From an uncultured Muribaculaceae bacterium (GTDB lineage Bacteria; Bacillota_I; Bacilli_A; RF39; UBA660), in NCBI GenBank assembly GCA_964630365.1, contig CAZVUP010000001.1, positions 3,816-67,815 on the forward strand: a stretch of DNA of 64,000 nt, in the 5' to 3' direction. Positions within the stretch are counted from its first letter, which is position 1; the number at the start of each line of letters is the position of its first letter. Both the position numbers and the translations under genes were made by a program. Below the pieces are notes generated by a model. It had not been told where the DNA came from. It was given only the letters and a program-made list of their open reading frames with translations, and made no database searches. Below, in pieces: positions 29,874 to 38,848 of the stretch.

Positions 29874-31007
29874 TTAACAATATGTAATTCCGCAAGATGA
29901 AGAACCATCTTCACTAACACTACACATATCATCAGAACATCCAAGTGAAAATGAAACATTTCCATTTTTATATATATGAGCTCTAAAACTTCTATAATAA
30001 TTACAATAATAATAATCTAAGCCCTCATAGCATTTATCATTTCCAAAAAGAGAAACAACTTTTTGTTTATTTTCTTCAAAATAAATACTATCAGGATTAT
30101 AAATAACATAGCCAAACTCATCAACACCTTCTGTTGCCCCAGCTCCGGTTATATAATGTTCTCCACCATTAAATTTAAACCCAACGCTAGATTCAACTAT
30201 AATACCATTAACTATTTTATGACGTAAAAATACCACTTTTCCAGTCTCCTGAGCCGAATTATATACTTGAACATTATCAGGAATAGCTTGGCCAATTTGA
30301 CATGGATTATCCATATCATTAAAAGTATATACATAATAATCTTTTTTTTCTATCTCTACATTTGATGAAACTTTAATATCATATTTACATAAAGCAGAGA
30401 CACTTATAGGTATTAAAATTGCTAGAATAAATAACATGATACTTTTATTCAACTTTACATTTTTCAAAGCAATTATTGACAATACAGAACTAATTAAAAG
30501 TATTAACATAATAGTAATAAGTGAACTATAGCCAGTTATTGGATTCTTAGTCTTACCTTCACCCGTCATACTTAACACCAATTCTTTAGAATCACTATAC
30601 TTACCATATTCTAAAATACTATCTGGAACTTCTTTATTATAAGAAACCCTCAGTTGAACAGTTCTACTTTCCCCGGCCTTTAACACTTTAGAACCACCAA
30701 CATCTACGAACTCATACTTTACATATTCTGAATCACCACCTAAATTACTTGGTGATAATTCATAATCCAAATCAGTTGTATTTTTAACAACTATTTTATA
30801 CTGAACATAGTCTCCTACTTCAGAAAGCTTTAGATTCAAATTAATCTTACCAGCATCAATACTAGCACTATTAACTTCTTCAGCATTTCCACTTTTTTCA
30901 GATAATTCCACTGATTTTAAACTAATACCATCCGGACTACATTCTTCAGCAAAAACTACAATTGGCATCATAAGCAAGAACAACATAAAAATCACACACT
31001 TTTTCAT
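29874..31007 (-). CDS. Secreted two-module protein: TasA-like beta domain, NPITG-TM-basic segment, second TM, Cys-rich C-domain
   Basis: Signal peptide. INLNLKLSEVGDYVQYKIVVKNTTD (compare TasA NLSNLKPGD..F.F.N.G). KNPITG plus a 22-aa hydrophobic stretch plus KNVKLNK. A second TM ending VSALC. Cys-rich tail. Confidence 0.5.
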   Translation of the reverse strand: MKKCVIFMLFLLMMPIVVFAEECSPDGISLKSVELSEKSGNAEEVNSASIDAGKINLNLKLSEVGDYVQYKIVVKNTTDLDYELSPSNLGGDSEYVKYEFVDVGGSKVLKAGESRTVQLRVSYNKEVPDSILEYGKYSDSKELVLSMTGEGKTKNPITGYSSLITIMLILLISSVLSIIALKNVKLNKSIMLFILAILIPISVSALCKYDIKVSSNVEIEKKDYYVYTFNDMDNPCQIGQAIPDNVQVYNSAQETGKVVFLRHKIVNGIIVESSVGFKFNGGEHYITGAGATEGVDEFGYVIYNPDSIYFEENKQKVVSLFGNDKCYEGLDYYYCNYYRSFRAHIYKNGNVSFSLGCSDDMCSVSEDGSSSCGITYC

Positions 31008-31021
31008 ATTATCTCCTTTTT

Positions 31022-31828
31022 CTATTTACCATCATTACCTATAATTTCTTCATCAATATCTTTACGAACTATTAAAGTATTATTATCAAGAACCTCATCC
31101 AGATAATCTTTATATCCATTTTTATTAGAATTTTTAATATCATAAATGAATAGTATCACAACAATAAACGTCAATGATAAAGATAAAATAATTATTTCAA
31201 TCCAGGGAACTCTCTTAACTATATTTCCATCATCATCAACTTTATAATCACCATTTTCTTTCTCATAAAATCCTTTTAAAATCCTAATATAATTAACACT
31301 AGCTGAATAGTAATTACCTTGCTCTATGTCACTATAAACATATGATAATATAGCATTTATCCTATAATCCGAATAAATCTTAAATGTCTTACTATCACTT
31401 TTACCACTATTACCCATAAATATTTCTGGATCACTAGGATGCTTATAAATAACAAAAACTACACCATCATCAAGAAAATCATTATAATCATAAAAATTAT
31501 AAGCAAAATCACTAATACTTTTATCACCAATATCATCAACAGTAATAATTGCTAAATCAAAATTCGAATAATCTATATAATCATTAATTTTTTCGTACAA
31601 TGAACTTTCTTCTTCTTCACTGAACAAATCAGCAAAATCATAAATTTTTTCTTTACTTGATACTGCAGGAGTTTTTAGTATACTATCATAATTTTCATCA
31701 GTTACTATTACATCTTTCGGTAAATATAAATTATCATTTGTCCTAGTATAAGTATTTACACTAGCTTTACAATTAATACAAGTAAATAATAAGAATATAC
31801 TTCCTAAAAGCCACACTTTTCTTCTCAT
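31022..31828 (-). CDS. TPM-domain protein (YdjH-like), membrane anchored
   Basis: Signal peptide. IYDFADLFSEEEESSLYEKIN...DLAIITVDDI TPM pattern. C-terminal TM. Confidence 0.6.
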   Translation of the reverse strand: MRRKVWLLGSIFLLFTCINCKASVNTYTRTNDNLYLPKDVIVTDENYDSILKTPAVSSKEKIYDFADLFSEEEESSLYEKINDYIDYSNFDLAIITVDDIGDKSISDFAYNFYDYNDFLDDGVVFVIYKHPSDPEIFMGNSGKSDSKTFKIYSDYRINAILSYVYSDIEQGNYYSASVNYIRILKGFYEKENGDYKVDDDGNIVKRVPWIEIIILSLSLTFIVVILFIYDIKNSNKNGYKDYLDEVLDNNTLIVRKDIDEEIIGNDGK

Positions 31829-31836
31829 AATTCCTC

Positions 31837-32757
31837 CTATAGTAAACTAGCAAGCAAAAAACTAATTCCAAAAATAATTAAGAAAATCACCAAACTAGAA
31901 ACAATTAATTCAGGTATACCAAAAGTTAATTTAAACCTATTAATTTCATTTTGCCCATTCATTAAAAACTGATAATCTTTACCTTTATTATTAACATTTA
32001 AATAATAAACTGGAACAAATACTTTTTTATAATCATTTAAATTTGTTTGTAATCCATTTTCTGATACCTTTTTTAATTCATGTGAAACACTAGTTCTAAT
32101 AACACTTAAAGATTTATTAACAATCTTTGTATTAATCTGTAATAGTTCCTCTTTTTGATCCAGATCAGAATTAATAATTATATCTTCAAATCTATTTAAA
32201 TCAACTTTTTGTAAATTACTATAATCATAAGTAAATACTTTTTGAAAAATAAAATCATTAATTTTAGACCATAAACAAATAAATACATTTCGATAATCAA
32301 AATTATTATAATTTTTTACATTATATTTTTTTATTTCTTCGACATTTTTTCCATCTTTTAAAGTATTAATCTTATCACCAGCAATAAAAATAACATCACC
32401 ATTAACATTAATATCTACTAAACAAGCAGGTATATAAACAGCTGTAATATTATTAACTACTTTTCTATTTTTAAATACTAATGGAATAATTGGATTAAAT
32501 AACACTTTTCTTTTATATGCTTTTATTGCTTTTTCTTTTTCAACATTAAATGGTAAAAAGTATGAATAACCATTAGTATCAATCTTTTCATCACTGACAT
32601 TTAACGCATGCCCACAAAAAATACAAGTATCAACTTTTTCCTTAGAAAAAAGCGATAAATGACAATTATCACATGTATAACTTAACAACCCATTATCATC
32701 ACTATCCCTCAAAGCTTCTTGCAAAACATCTGTACTAAAAGTTCCCATCTGCATCAC
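31837..32757 (-). CDS. Zinc-ribbon protein with a C-terminal TM (YdjG-like)
   Basis: CDNCH...CIFCGH ribbon near the N-terminus. C-terminal TM. Positioned upstream of the TPM and SPFH genes. Confidence 0.45.
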   Translation of the reverse strand: MMQMGTFSTDVLQEALRDSDDNGLLSYTCDNCHLSLFSKEKVDTCIFCGHALNVSDEKIDTNGYSYFLPFNVEKEKAIKAYKRKVLFNPIIPLVFKNRKVVNNITAVYIPACLVDINVNGDVIFIAGDKINTLKDGKNVEEIKKYNVKNYNNFDYRNVFICLWSKINDFIFQKVFTYDYSNLQKVDLNRFEDIIINSDLDQKEELLQINTKIVNKSLSVIRTSVSHELKKVSENGLQTNLNDYKKVFVPVYYLNVNNKGKDYQFLMNGQNEINRFKLTFGIPELIVSSLVIFLIIFGISFLLASLL

Positions 32758-32783
32758 CTACTATGTTAATTATATCAAAAACA

Positions 32784-33482
32784 TTAATATCTAACAATAT
32801 CGTTAGGAATAAAAACTTTACCTATAATTTCTTTAACCACACTACCACAATAACTACATTTCTTTTCACCTAAACTCTTAATTGGTGAACCACAATTAGG
32901 GCAATGTATACCTAAAACATTAACATTATCTTTTATTTCATTCTCATCAATTACATAAATAAATTCCACTTTTGCTCTGTCTTGAGTTTTAATAGAATTA
33001 GAATTTGTTTCCAAATAATATTGAAAACTTGAACTAAAATAAATTGTTACAATAGCATTATCTTTTTTATAACTTGATATTACAGTTTTATGAAATTTAA
33101 AATTATTAAATTTAACGCTTTTATTTTTATAATCATTTATCATATCATCAGCATAACTTTTAATTTTACCCTTTAAATTAGATGTATCCTGTTCTTCAAC
33201 TGCATTAAAAACATCTAAAATTATTTTTTCTGATTTTCTTTTTAATTCATTAATATTAATATCCTGAAAATCTTTCTTTATCTGTTCTAAATAAATACTA
33301 TCCATACTAGAAAGGGACTTTTCTTCTTCCTGATCTTCAAGTCTAGCTTCTTTGATAACATCATTCAAATTCATTCCCGTAAAGCCCGCTCTATCCAAAA
33401 TATTTCTAATCTTACCTTTAGCAAAAAAGTATACAAATAAAGAAAAAACTATAAGAACTATAACTCCAATAAAAAACCACAT
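32784..33482 (-). CDS. Membrane protein with a Tim44-like domain and a C-terminal zinc ribbon
   Basis: N-terminal TM. CPNCGS...CSYCGS. ATG 33482 preceded by GGAGTG. Confidence 0.4.
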   Translation of the reverse strand: MWFFIGVIVLIVFSLFVYFFAKGKIRNILDRAGFTGMNLNDVIKEARLEDQEEEKSLSSMDSIYLEQIKKDFQDININELKRKSEKIILDVFNAVEEQDTSNLKGKIKSYADDMINDYKNKSVKFNNFKFHKTVISSYKKDNAIVTIYFSSSFQYYLETNSNSIKTQDRAKVEFIYVIDENEIKDNVNVLGIHCPNCGSPIKSLGEKKCSYCGSVVKEIIGKVFIPNDIVRY

Positions 33483-33523
33483 ATTAATCACTCCATTATT
33501 AATATAATCATATCATAAATAAT

Positions 33524-33550
33524 AAAAAAAGAAGAGAAAACTATCTCTTC
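33524..33550 (-). terminator. Rho-independent terminator after serS
   Basis: GAAGAGA/TCTCTTC stem followed by T7 on the minus strand. Confidence 0.6.
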
Positions 33551-33555
33551 ACATA

Positions 33556-34839
33556 TTATTTAACTTCAATTTTTTCTTTTCCACCCATATATGGTTGTAA
33601 TACTTTAGGTATTTTAATTGATCCATCCTCTTGATAATTATTTTCTACTAAAGCAATTAATCCACGTGGAGTAGCAACAACTGTATTATTTAGTGTATGT
33701 AAATAATAAGTTCCTTTTTCTCCTTTAGCTCTAATACCTAAACGTCTAGCTTGTGCATCACCTAGATTACTACAGCTTGCAACTTCAAAATATTTCTTTT
33801 GTCTTGGGCTCCAAGCTTCAATATCACAAGACTTAACTTTTAAATCTGCAAGATCTCCACTACAGCATTCTAATTGTCTTACTGGAATATCAAAATTTCT
33901 AAATATATCTACTGTCAATTTCCACATTTTATTATACCAATCCATTGATTCTTCTGGCTCACAGATAACAATCATTTCTTGTTTTTCGAATTGATGAACA
34001 CGATATAATCCTCTCTCTTCTAATCCGTGAGAACCTCCTTCTTTTCTAAAGCATGGAGAGTAACTTGTCATATTGATTGGAAGTTCATCCCTCTTAATAA
34101 TTTGATCTTTAAACTTACCAATCATAGAATGTTCTGAAGTACCAATTAAATATAAATCTTCTCCTTCTATTTTATACATCATAGCTTCCATTTCAGGAAA
34201 AGACATAACACCAGTAACTACATCACCATGAATCATAAATGGTGGTATAGCATAAGTAAAGCCATGATCAATCATAAAGTCTCTAGCATAAGCAATCATC
34301 GCTTCATGAAGTCTAGCAATATCTCCTAATAAATAATAAAAACCTTCTCCACTAGTTCTACCAGCAGCAACTTTATCCATTCCCTTTAATCTTTCAATAA
34401 TATCAGCATGATATGGAATTTCATAATCAGGTACAACAGGATCACCAAATTTTTCTACTTCAACATTTTCTGAATCATCTTTCCCAATTGGTACAGTCTC
34501 ATCCATAATCTGTGGAATAACGAGCATAATATCACGTATTTTTCCTTGAAGTTCTACCATTTCTTCTTCAAGCGCTTTTATTTCTTCACCATCTTTAGCA
34601 ATCTCTGCTTTAACTTTTTCAGCTTCTTCATTCTTACCATCTTTCATTAATTTACCGATTTCAGAACTTAAACGATTCTTCTCAGCTTTCATTCCATCCA
34701 TTTTTACCTGAACTTCACGAACTCTTTTATCAAGTTCATATACTTCATCAACTAATGGTAATTTCTCATCTTGAAATTTCTTCTTAATATTCTCCTTTAC
34801 TAAATCCCTATTTTCTCTTATTAATTTAATATCTATCAT
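33556..34839 (-). CDS. serS: Seryl-tRNA synthetase
   Basis: N-terminal coiled coil MIDIKLIREN. Class II motifs FRKEGGSHG..RVHQFEK and GDAQARR. Confidence 0.93.
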   Translation of the reverse strand: MIDIKLIRENRDLVKENIKKKFQDEKLPLVDEVYELDKRVREVQVKMDGMKAEKNRLSSEIGKLMKDGKNEEAEKVKAEIAKDGEEIKALEEEMVELQGKIRDIMLVIPQIMDETVPIGKDDSENVEVEKFGDPVVPDYEIPYHADIIERLKGMDKVAAGRTSGEGFYYLLGDIARLHEAMIAYARDFMIDHGFTYAIPPFMIHGDVVTGVMSFPEMEAMMYKIEGEDLYLIGTSEHSMIGKFKDQIIKRDELPINMTSYSPCFRKEGGSHGLEERGLYRVHQFEKQEMIVICEPEESMDWYNKMWKLTVDIFRNFDIPVRQLECCSGDLADLKVKSCDIEAWSPRQKKYFEVASCSNLGDAQARRLGIRAKGEKGTYYLHTLNNTVVATPRGLIALVENNYQEDGSIKIPKVLQPYMGGKEKIEVK

Positions 34840-35762
34840 TTTAATTCCTCCTTAAATAATTTATCATAAACATTTTTATACATTATTTTTTCAATTTCCT
34901 CGGCAGTGAACCTTTGACTTAATAATTTCTCTAAGTCCGCTTTAACAGTCTTATAATTAAAAACCATCTTCCCAAAGTCTTCATCAAATAATACTTTTGC
35001 AAAAATCATATCATCCGTTGAAACTCCAACATTATCAATACCAAGTATTGATACTGCTCTTTCAATATGTTCCAAATACTTAGAAGATAAATCAGTATTT
35101 TCACTATCACTAACAAAAGGTCCAAATCCAACTATCCCTAATAAACCATCAACTGATTGTAATGCCAATAACTGTTCATTATCCAAATTTCTCTTATGCT
35201 GACATATTTCAAAACAATTAGAATGACTAGCAATGACTTTAACCTTTTTGCCTAATGATCTCTGCTCTTTAATAAGCTCTATAGTATCATAAAAGGTCTT
35301 TTTATTCATATGACTCATATCAATAGAAATACCTAAATCAATAGCTTTAATTAAAAATTCTTTACCCTCAACAGTTAATCCATATTCTCCTCTATTTCCT
35401 GAACCATATTTATTTGGACAATTCCAAACTAATAAAATATTCCTAAGTCCTAAATTATATAATTGTTCAAGTTCAAAAACATCTTTGATATAGTCACAGC
35501 CCTCAATACTGAAAATAACTTTTTCACCAGGTAAATATTTTTTAAATAGAGAAACTGCTTTCTCAAACATTTCTACCACATTAAAATCTTTAGTCCCAAG
35601 TTCTCCTTCCATTTCATCTAGACTCATAAAATAAAGATTAGCTAAAAGTCCCGAGACATTATCACTATTAAAATTTTTAATCCATTCTTCTAAATAACTA
35701 TAATCATTTCTCAAATAACTATAATACATTATAGAAAGCAAATCATGATGCAAATCAATCAT
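34836..35762 (-). CDS. M19-family (renal-type) dipeptidase
   Basis: MIDLHHDLL (H.D metal site). VIASHSNCFEICQHKRNLDNEQL matches M19 SHSN...RN..D. Overlaps the serS start. Confidence 0.65.
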   Translation of the reverse strand: MIDLHHDLLSIMYYSYLRNDYSYLEEWIKNFNSDNVSGLLANLYFMSLDEMEGELGTKDFNVVEMFEKAVSLFKKYLPGEKVIFSIEGCDYIKDVFELEQLYNLGLRNILLVWNCPNKYGSGNRGEYGLTVEGKEFLIKAIDLGISIDMSHMNKKTFYDTIELIKEQRSLGKKVKVIASHSNCFEICQHKRNLDNEQLLALQSVDGLLGIVGFGPFVSDSENTDLSSKYLEHIERAVSILGIDNVGVSTDDMIFAKVLFDEDFGKMVFNYKTVKADLEKLLSQRFTAEEIEKIMYKNVYDKLFKEELK

Positions 35763-35780
35763 TTAATCATCTCCTCAAAA

Positions 35781-35962
35781 ATAAAAAGAATGGCCCAAGG
35801 AGTGCAAAGCACGGTACCATCCTTTTTTTTACTTAATTAGATAACGGTATTACCCGGAAAAAATCATCTATAGAGTAGATAAATAAGGTTCTATATCCGT
35901 TTTCACCAACCACGAACTCTCTACAATAGAAGTATCTTATTATTAGTTCTAATTATCGACTT
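35781..35962 (-). promoter_or_regulatory. T-box leader (tRNA-Ser specifier) controlling dipeptidase-serS
   Basis: Minus strand shows AGAGAG, GGTGAAA, F-box CCGTTA, and T-box GGATGGTACCGTG (35822-35810). A terminator/antiterminator follows, then a T-run. Candidate specifier UCU followed by A at 35874-35871, directly 5' of the Stem I base helix TCTAT/ATAGA. Confidence 0.8.
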
Positions 35963-35968
35963 GTTTTA

Positions 35969-35997
35969 ATTATATATAAAATTCATTATAAAATCAA
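35969..35997 (-). promoter_or_regulatory. Sigma-A promoter of the T-box operon
   Basis: TTGATT, 17 nt, TATAAT on the minus strand. The -35 box overlaps the upstream stop codon. Confidence 0.6.
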
Positions 35998-37241
35998 GCG
36001 CTTTTCGTTTTACCATAATTTATTTCACAATAATTATCAGACAAATAAGGTGTAAAACCTAATTCACGTTTAAAGTTAACAGTATCAGTATCTATTTCTT
36101 CATATAAAGTCTCATCAAAACCATATACTCCATCAGTCATTGCTATATAGTATTTTGCAGTACCATTCTCAACAACAATTTTTACACTAACTTCAATTGA
36201 TTCCCTAGAACCATACAAAACAAGAAATGTTTTTTTACCAACATCTGGATAATAAAGATAATATGTACCATTATCTTGCGAAAACTGAACTTTATCACAA
36301 CTTAATTGACTACTATTAAATCTTGATTTAGCTTCATAATAAACTTGATCAGCAACATATACATAATATGATTTTTTTATTTTATCAGCATAAGTAACAA
36401 AGTCATCTCTTCTATAATAAATAGTAATTCCTAATCCTCCAAATAAGAATAATAAGATACAAGTTAAAACAAACTTTTTAAACTTATAATCTTTTTCTCC
36501 AGTTAATCTTGTATCATTATAAATAATTCCCTTATAAACACTACCGCCAAAAGCTATTACCGGAAACATTATGAATGGAAATAAAATAACTAAAATAGCA
36601 CTAACTGAAAACTTTTTAGCTAAAGAGAATTGAATTTTTAAAAAATATAAAAATAAAAGTATATAGCCAACTAAAGCTAAAAGCAAAGTGAATTTATTCA
36701 TTTGCAAAAGAAAAGTAATTAAACCACTAAAAATAATAAAATATAAACCTGTTATCCATTTTTCACATGCTATTTGAAAATAAGTAAAATAGTTCAATAC
36801 CGGTATAAAAACAAACCACCATGGTTTATTTGCCTTCATATAGATAATTTGTAAACTAACAGACATCAAAAAAGCAAATGAAACTCCTACTGTAACTAAA
36901 CTCCATAAGGAAAGCATTTCTTTATTATAATCACCAATAAAAGAATGAACTAACACTGTCTCTAAAATAATTGCTAAAAAGAATAATAGTAAATTAAAAA
37001 TATAGCAAGCTACTTTATTACCAGATTTATTAGTTGTAATAATATCTCCCGCTCTTTGTTCACCATTAGTAACTGTTGCACCGCCACCAATTTGATAAGT
37101 ACTTGATTGATTAGGAACATATTGCATCATACTCTTATTTGCCTCATGATTAGGATTTAAATTTCCACATTTCATGCAATATCTTGCATCGGCCTTCATT
37201 TCTGCACCACAACGACCACAATAAATAATATTATTATCCAT
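35994..37241 (-). CDS. Zinc-ribbon polytopic membrane protein
   Basis: YCGRCGAEMKADARYCMKCGN, several TMs, C-terminal ectodomain. Start at MDNNIIY (ATG 37241, GGAGAGGA upstream). Confidence 0.5.
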   Translation of the reverse strand: MDNNIIYCGRCGAEMKADARYCMKCGNLNPNHEANKSMMQYVPNQSSTYQIGGGATVTNGEQRAGDIITTNKSGNKVACYIFNLLLFFLAIILETVLVHSFIGDYNKEMLSLWSLVTVGVSFAFLMSVSLQIIYMKANKPWWFVFIPVLNYFTYFQIACEKWITGLYFIIFSGLITFLLQMNKFTLLLALVGYILLFLYFLKIQFSLAKKFSVSAILVILFPFIMFPVIAFGGSVYKGIIYNDTRLTGEKDYKFKKFVLTCILLFLFGGLGITIYYRRDDFVTYADKIKKSYYVYVADQVYYEAKSRFNSSQLSCDKVQFSQDNGTYYLYYPDVGKKTFLVLYGSRESIEVSVKIVVENGTAKYYIAMTDGVYGFDETLYEEIDTDTVNFKRELGFTPYLSDNYCEINYGKTKSA

Positions 37242-37284
37242 ATAATCCTCTCCATTATAAGATAATTTTATCACAAAAATAAAA

Positions 37285-37310
37285 ATAAAAAAAGAAGCTA
37301 TTTCGCTTCT
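37285..37310 (-). terminator. Terminator overlapping the spoVS stop
   Basis: AGAAGC/GCTTCT stem followed by a T-run on the minus strand. Confidence 0.5.
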
Positions 37311-37558
37311 ATTATTAATTTTATTGCTGTTCTCTCTTCACCATCAATTGCTATATCTTGAAAGGCAGGAATACAAACTAAATTCTTGCCACTAGGTGCT
37401 ACAAATCCTCTTGCAATTGCTATTGCCTTAATTGCTTGATTAAGTGCTCCAGCACCAACAGCCTGAACTTCTACACTACCCTTTTCTCTAAAGACATTAG
37501 CTAAAGCTCCTGCTACACTATTTGGATTAGATTTACTACTAACTTTTAATGTTTCCAT
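37298..37558 (-). CDS. spoVS: Stage V sporulation protein S
   Basis: Near-identical over its length to remembered B. subtilis SpoVS (LKVS.KS.PNSVAGALA, GAGALNQA.KA.AIARGFVAPSG, IPAF.DI.IDGEERTAIKLI). Confidence 0.92.
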   Translation of the reverse strand: METLKVSSKSNPNSVAGALANVFREKGSVEVQAVGAGALNQAIKAIAIARGFVAPSGKNLVCIPAFQDIAIDGEERTAIKLIIEAK

Positions 37559-37596
37559 TTTTTCCTCACTTTCTATACTTAATACTATTCATAAAC

Positions 37597-37622
37597 AAAA
37601 AAAAATATGTCAAAAGACATAT
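37597..37622 (-). terminator. Terminator after the VanW-family gene
   Basis: ATATGTC/GACATAT stem followed by T8 on the minus strand. Confidence 0.6.
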
Positions 37623-38848
37623 TAATCTTCAGAATACCATGTAGTAGCAATAACACTATTATCAACTTCTACTCCATCTTTCCATTTATGCAAATATGTA
37701 CGATATCCTCTAACTCCAATCTTTACAGATTCTGTTGTATATTCATACCCATCTTTCGCATTACTATTTGACCAAAACTCAACATGAGCATTACCATTTT
37801 CAGAATATGCTTTAATATATATAGGATATTGATAAGTATTTTTAAACTGCATATCAACACACCAACCACTACTATAACTTGCAACAGTGGCATCAAGTCC
37901 ACCATCAATATAAAGACTCTTTTTCTTATGGGGATAACGTTTAACTATCTCTAATCCACCAAGCAAAGCTGCATTATAGGTTGTAGTTGCAATCTGACAT
38001 ACACCATTACCAACAAATTCATAATAAAAGACATATCCTTGTTTATTAAATGGACCAGCTTTATCACAATAACTAAATACTTCCCCAGGTTCAACAATAG
38101 TACCATTAATATATCCAAGTGCCGTATTCAAATTAATATTTCTCATATAAGTATTAGGCATAAATGGCGTTACAGCAGCAGATGTAAGAGTATCAATCTT
38201 AGCATAATTTTCATTTCCAACAGGTTGAACACTATTACCAACAAGTTCAACCACACTAGGACTAACTTCATTTGAAAAAGTTGTTTTAAGCGCTTTAATA
38301 CTTTCATCAATATTCAAATCATATCCAGCTGATCCGCCATTATAAGAAACACCATTAGAAGTATCAAAATATCCATTTACAACATCAACATGAGCAGCTA
38401 CAGCAATTTTATCAAAAACTTGCTTCAACATATCATCATTTACCTTATAAATTGCATTAAATACTTTTTTCTGCTTTCTATTTATAATTCTAATTTTTTT
38501 ACTATAATTTAAACTCTCTTGATATTTTTTTATTTGTTCAATAGTTTTTTCATCATCAATAGTAATTCCTAACTCATTTAATTTATAATTATACTCTACT
38601 CCATTAGCAACAAGTTTAATTGGTGTAGACAAAACTTTATAACTATTTGCTTCTAACGTTACTTTTGCACCATCAAAAGAATTAGAAGATAAATTAATAT
38701 CTCCAACATAAATTCCCGGAAGAACCATATTATTATATTTCTTTAACATGTTTGTATTATAAATAATAAGTCCTACATAAGCCAAAATCAAAATACATAG
38801 TAAAGAAATAATAATTATTAATTTATGTTTACTATCAATTTTTTTCAT
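37622..38848 (-). CDS. VanW-family protein
   Basis: N-terminal TM. VEPGEVFSY...GVCQIATTTYNAALLGGLEIVKRYPH...GLDATV...D.QFKN VanW signature. Confidence 0.8.
   Translation of the reverse strand: MKKIDSKHKLIIIISLLCILILAYVGLIIYNTNMLKKYNNMVLPGIYVGDINLSSNSFDGAKVTLEANSYKVLSTPIKLVANGVEYNYKLNELGITIDDEKTIEQIKKYQESLNYSKKIRIINRKQKKVFNAIYKVNDDMLKQVFDKIAVAAHVDVVNGYFDTSNGVSYNGGSAGYDLNIDESIKALKTTFSNEVSPSVVELVGNSVQPVGNENYAKIDTLTSAAVTPFMPNTYMRNINLNTALGYINGTIVEPGEVFSYCDKAGPFNKQGYVFYYEFVGNGVCQIATTTYNAALLGGLEIVKRYPHKKKSLYIDGGLDATVASYSSGWCVDMQFKNTYQYPIYIKAYSENGNAHVEFWSNSNAKDGYEYTTESVKIGVRGYRTYLHKWKDGVEVDNSVIATTWYSED

Noticed and set aside
37723-37908. Internal same-strand out-of-frame ORFs (37723-37908, 40168-40437, 59924-60115, 60585-60788, 61150-61581)
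   Set aside because: They are nested in, or antisense to, better-supported genes (VanW, cargo protein, VanY-like, the 255-aa protein). They lack an RBS and have implausible composition.
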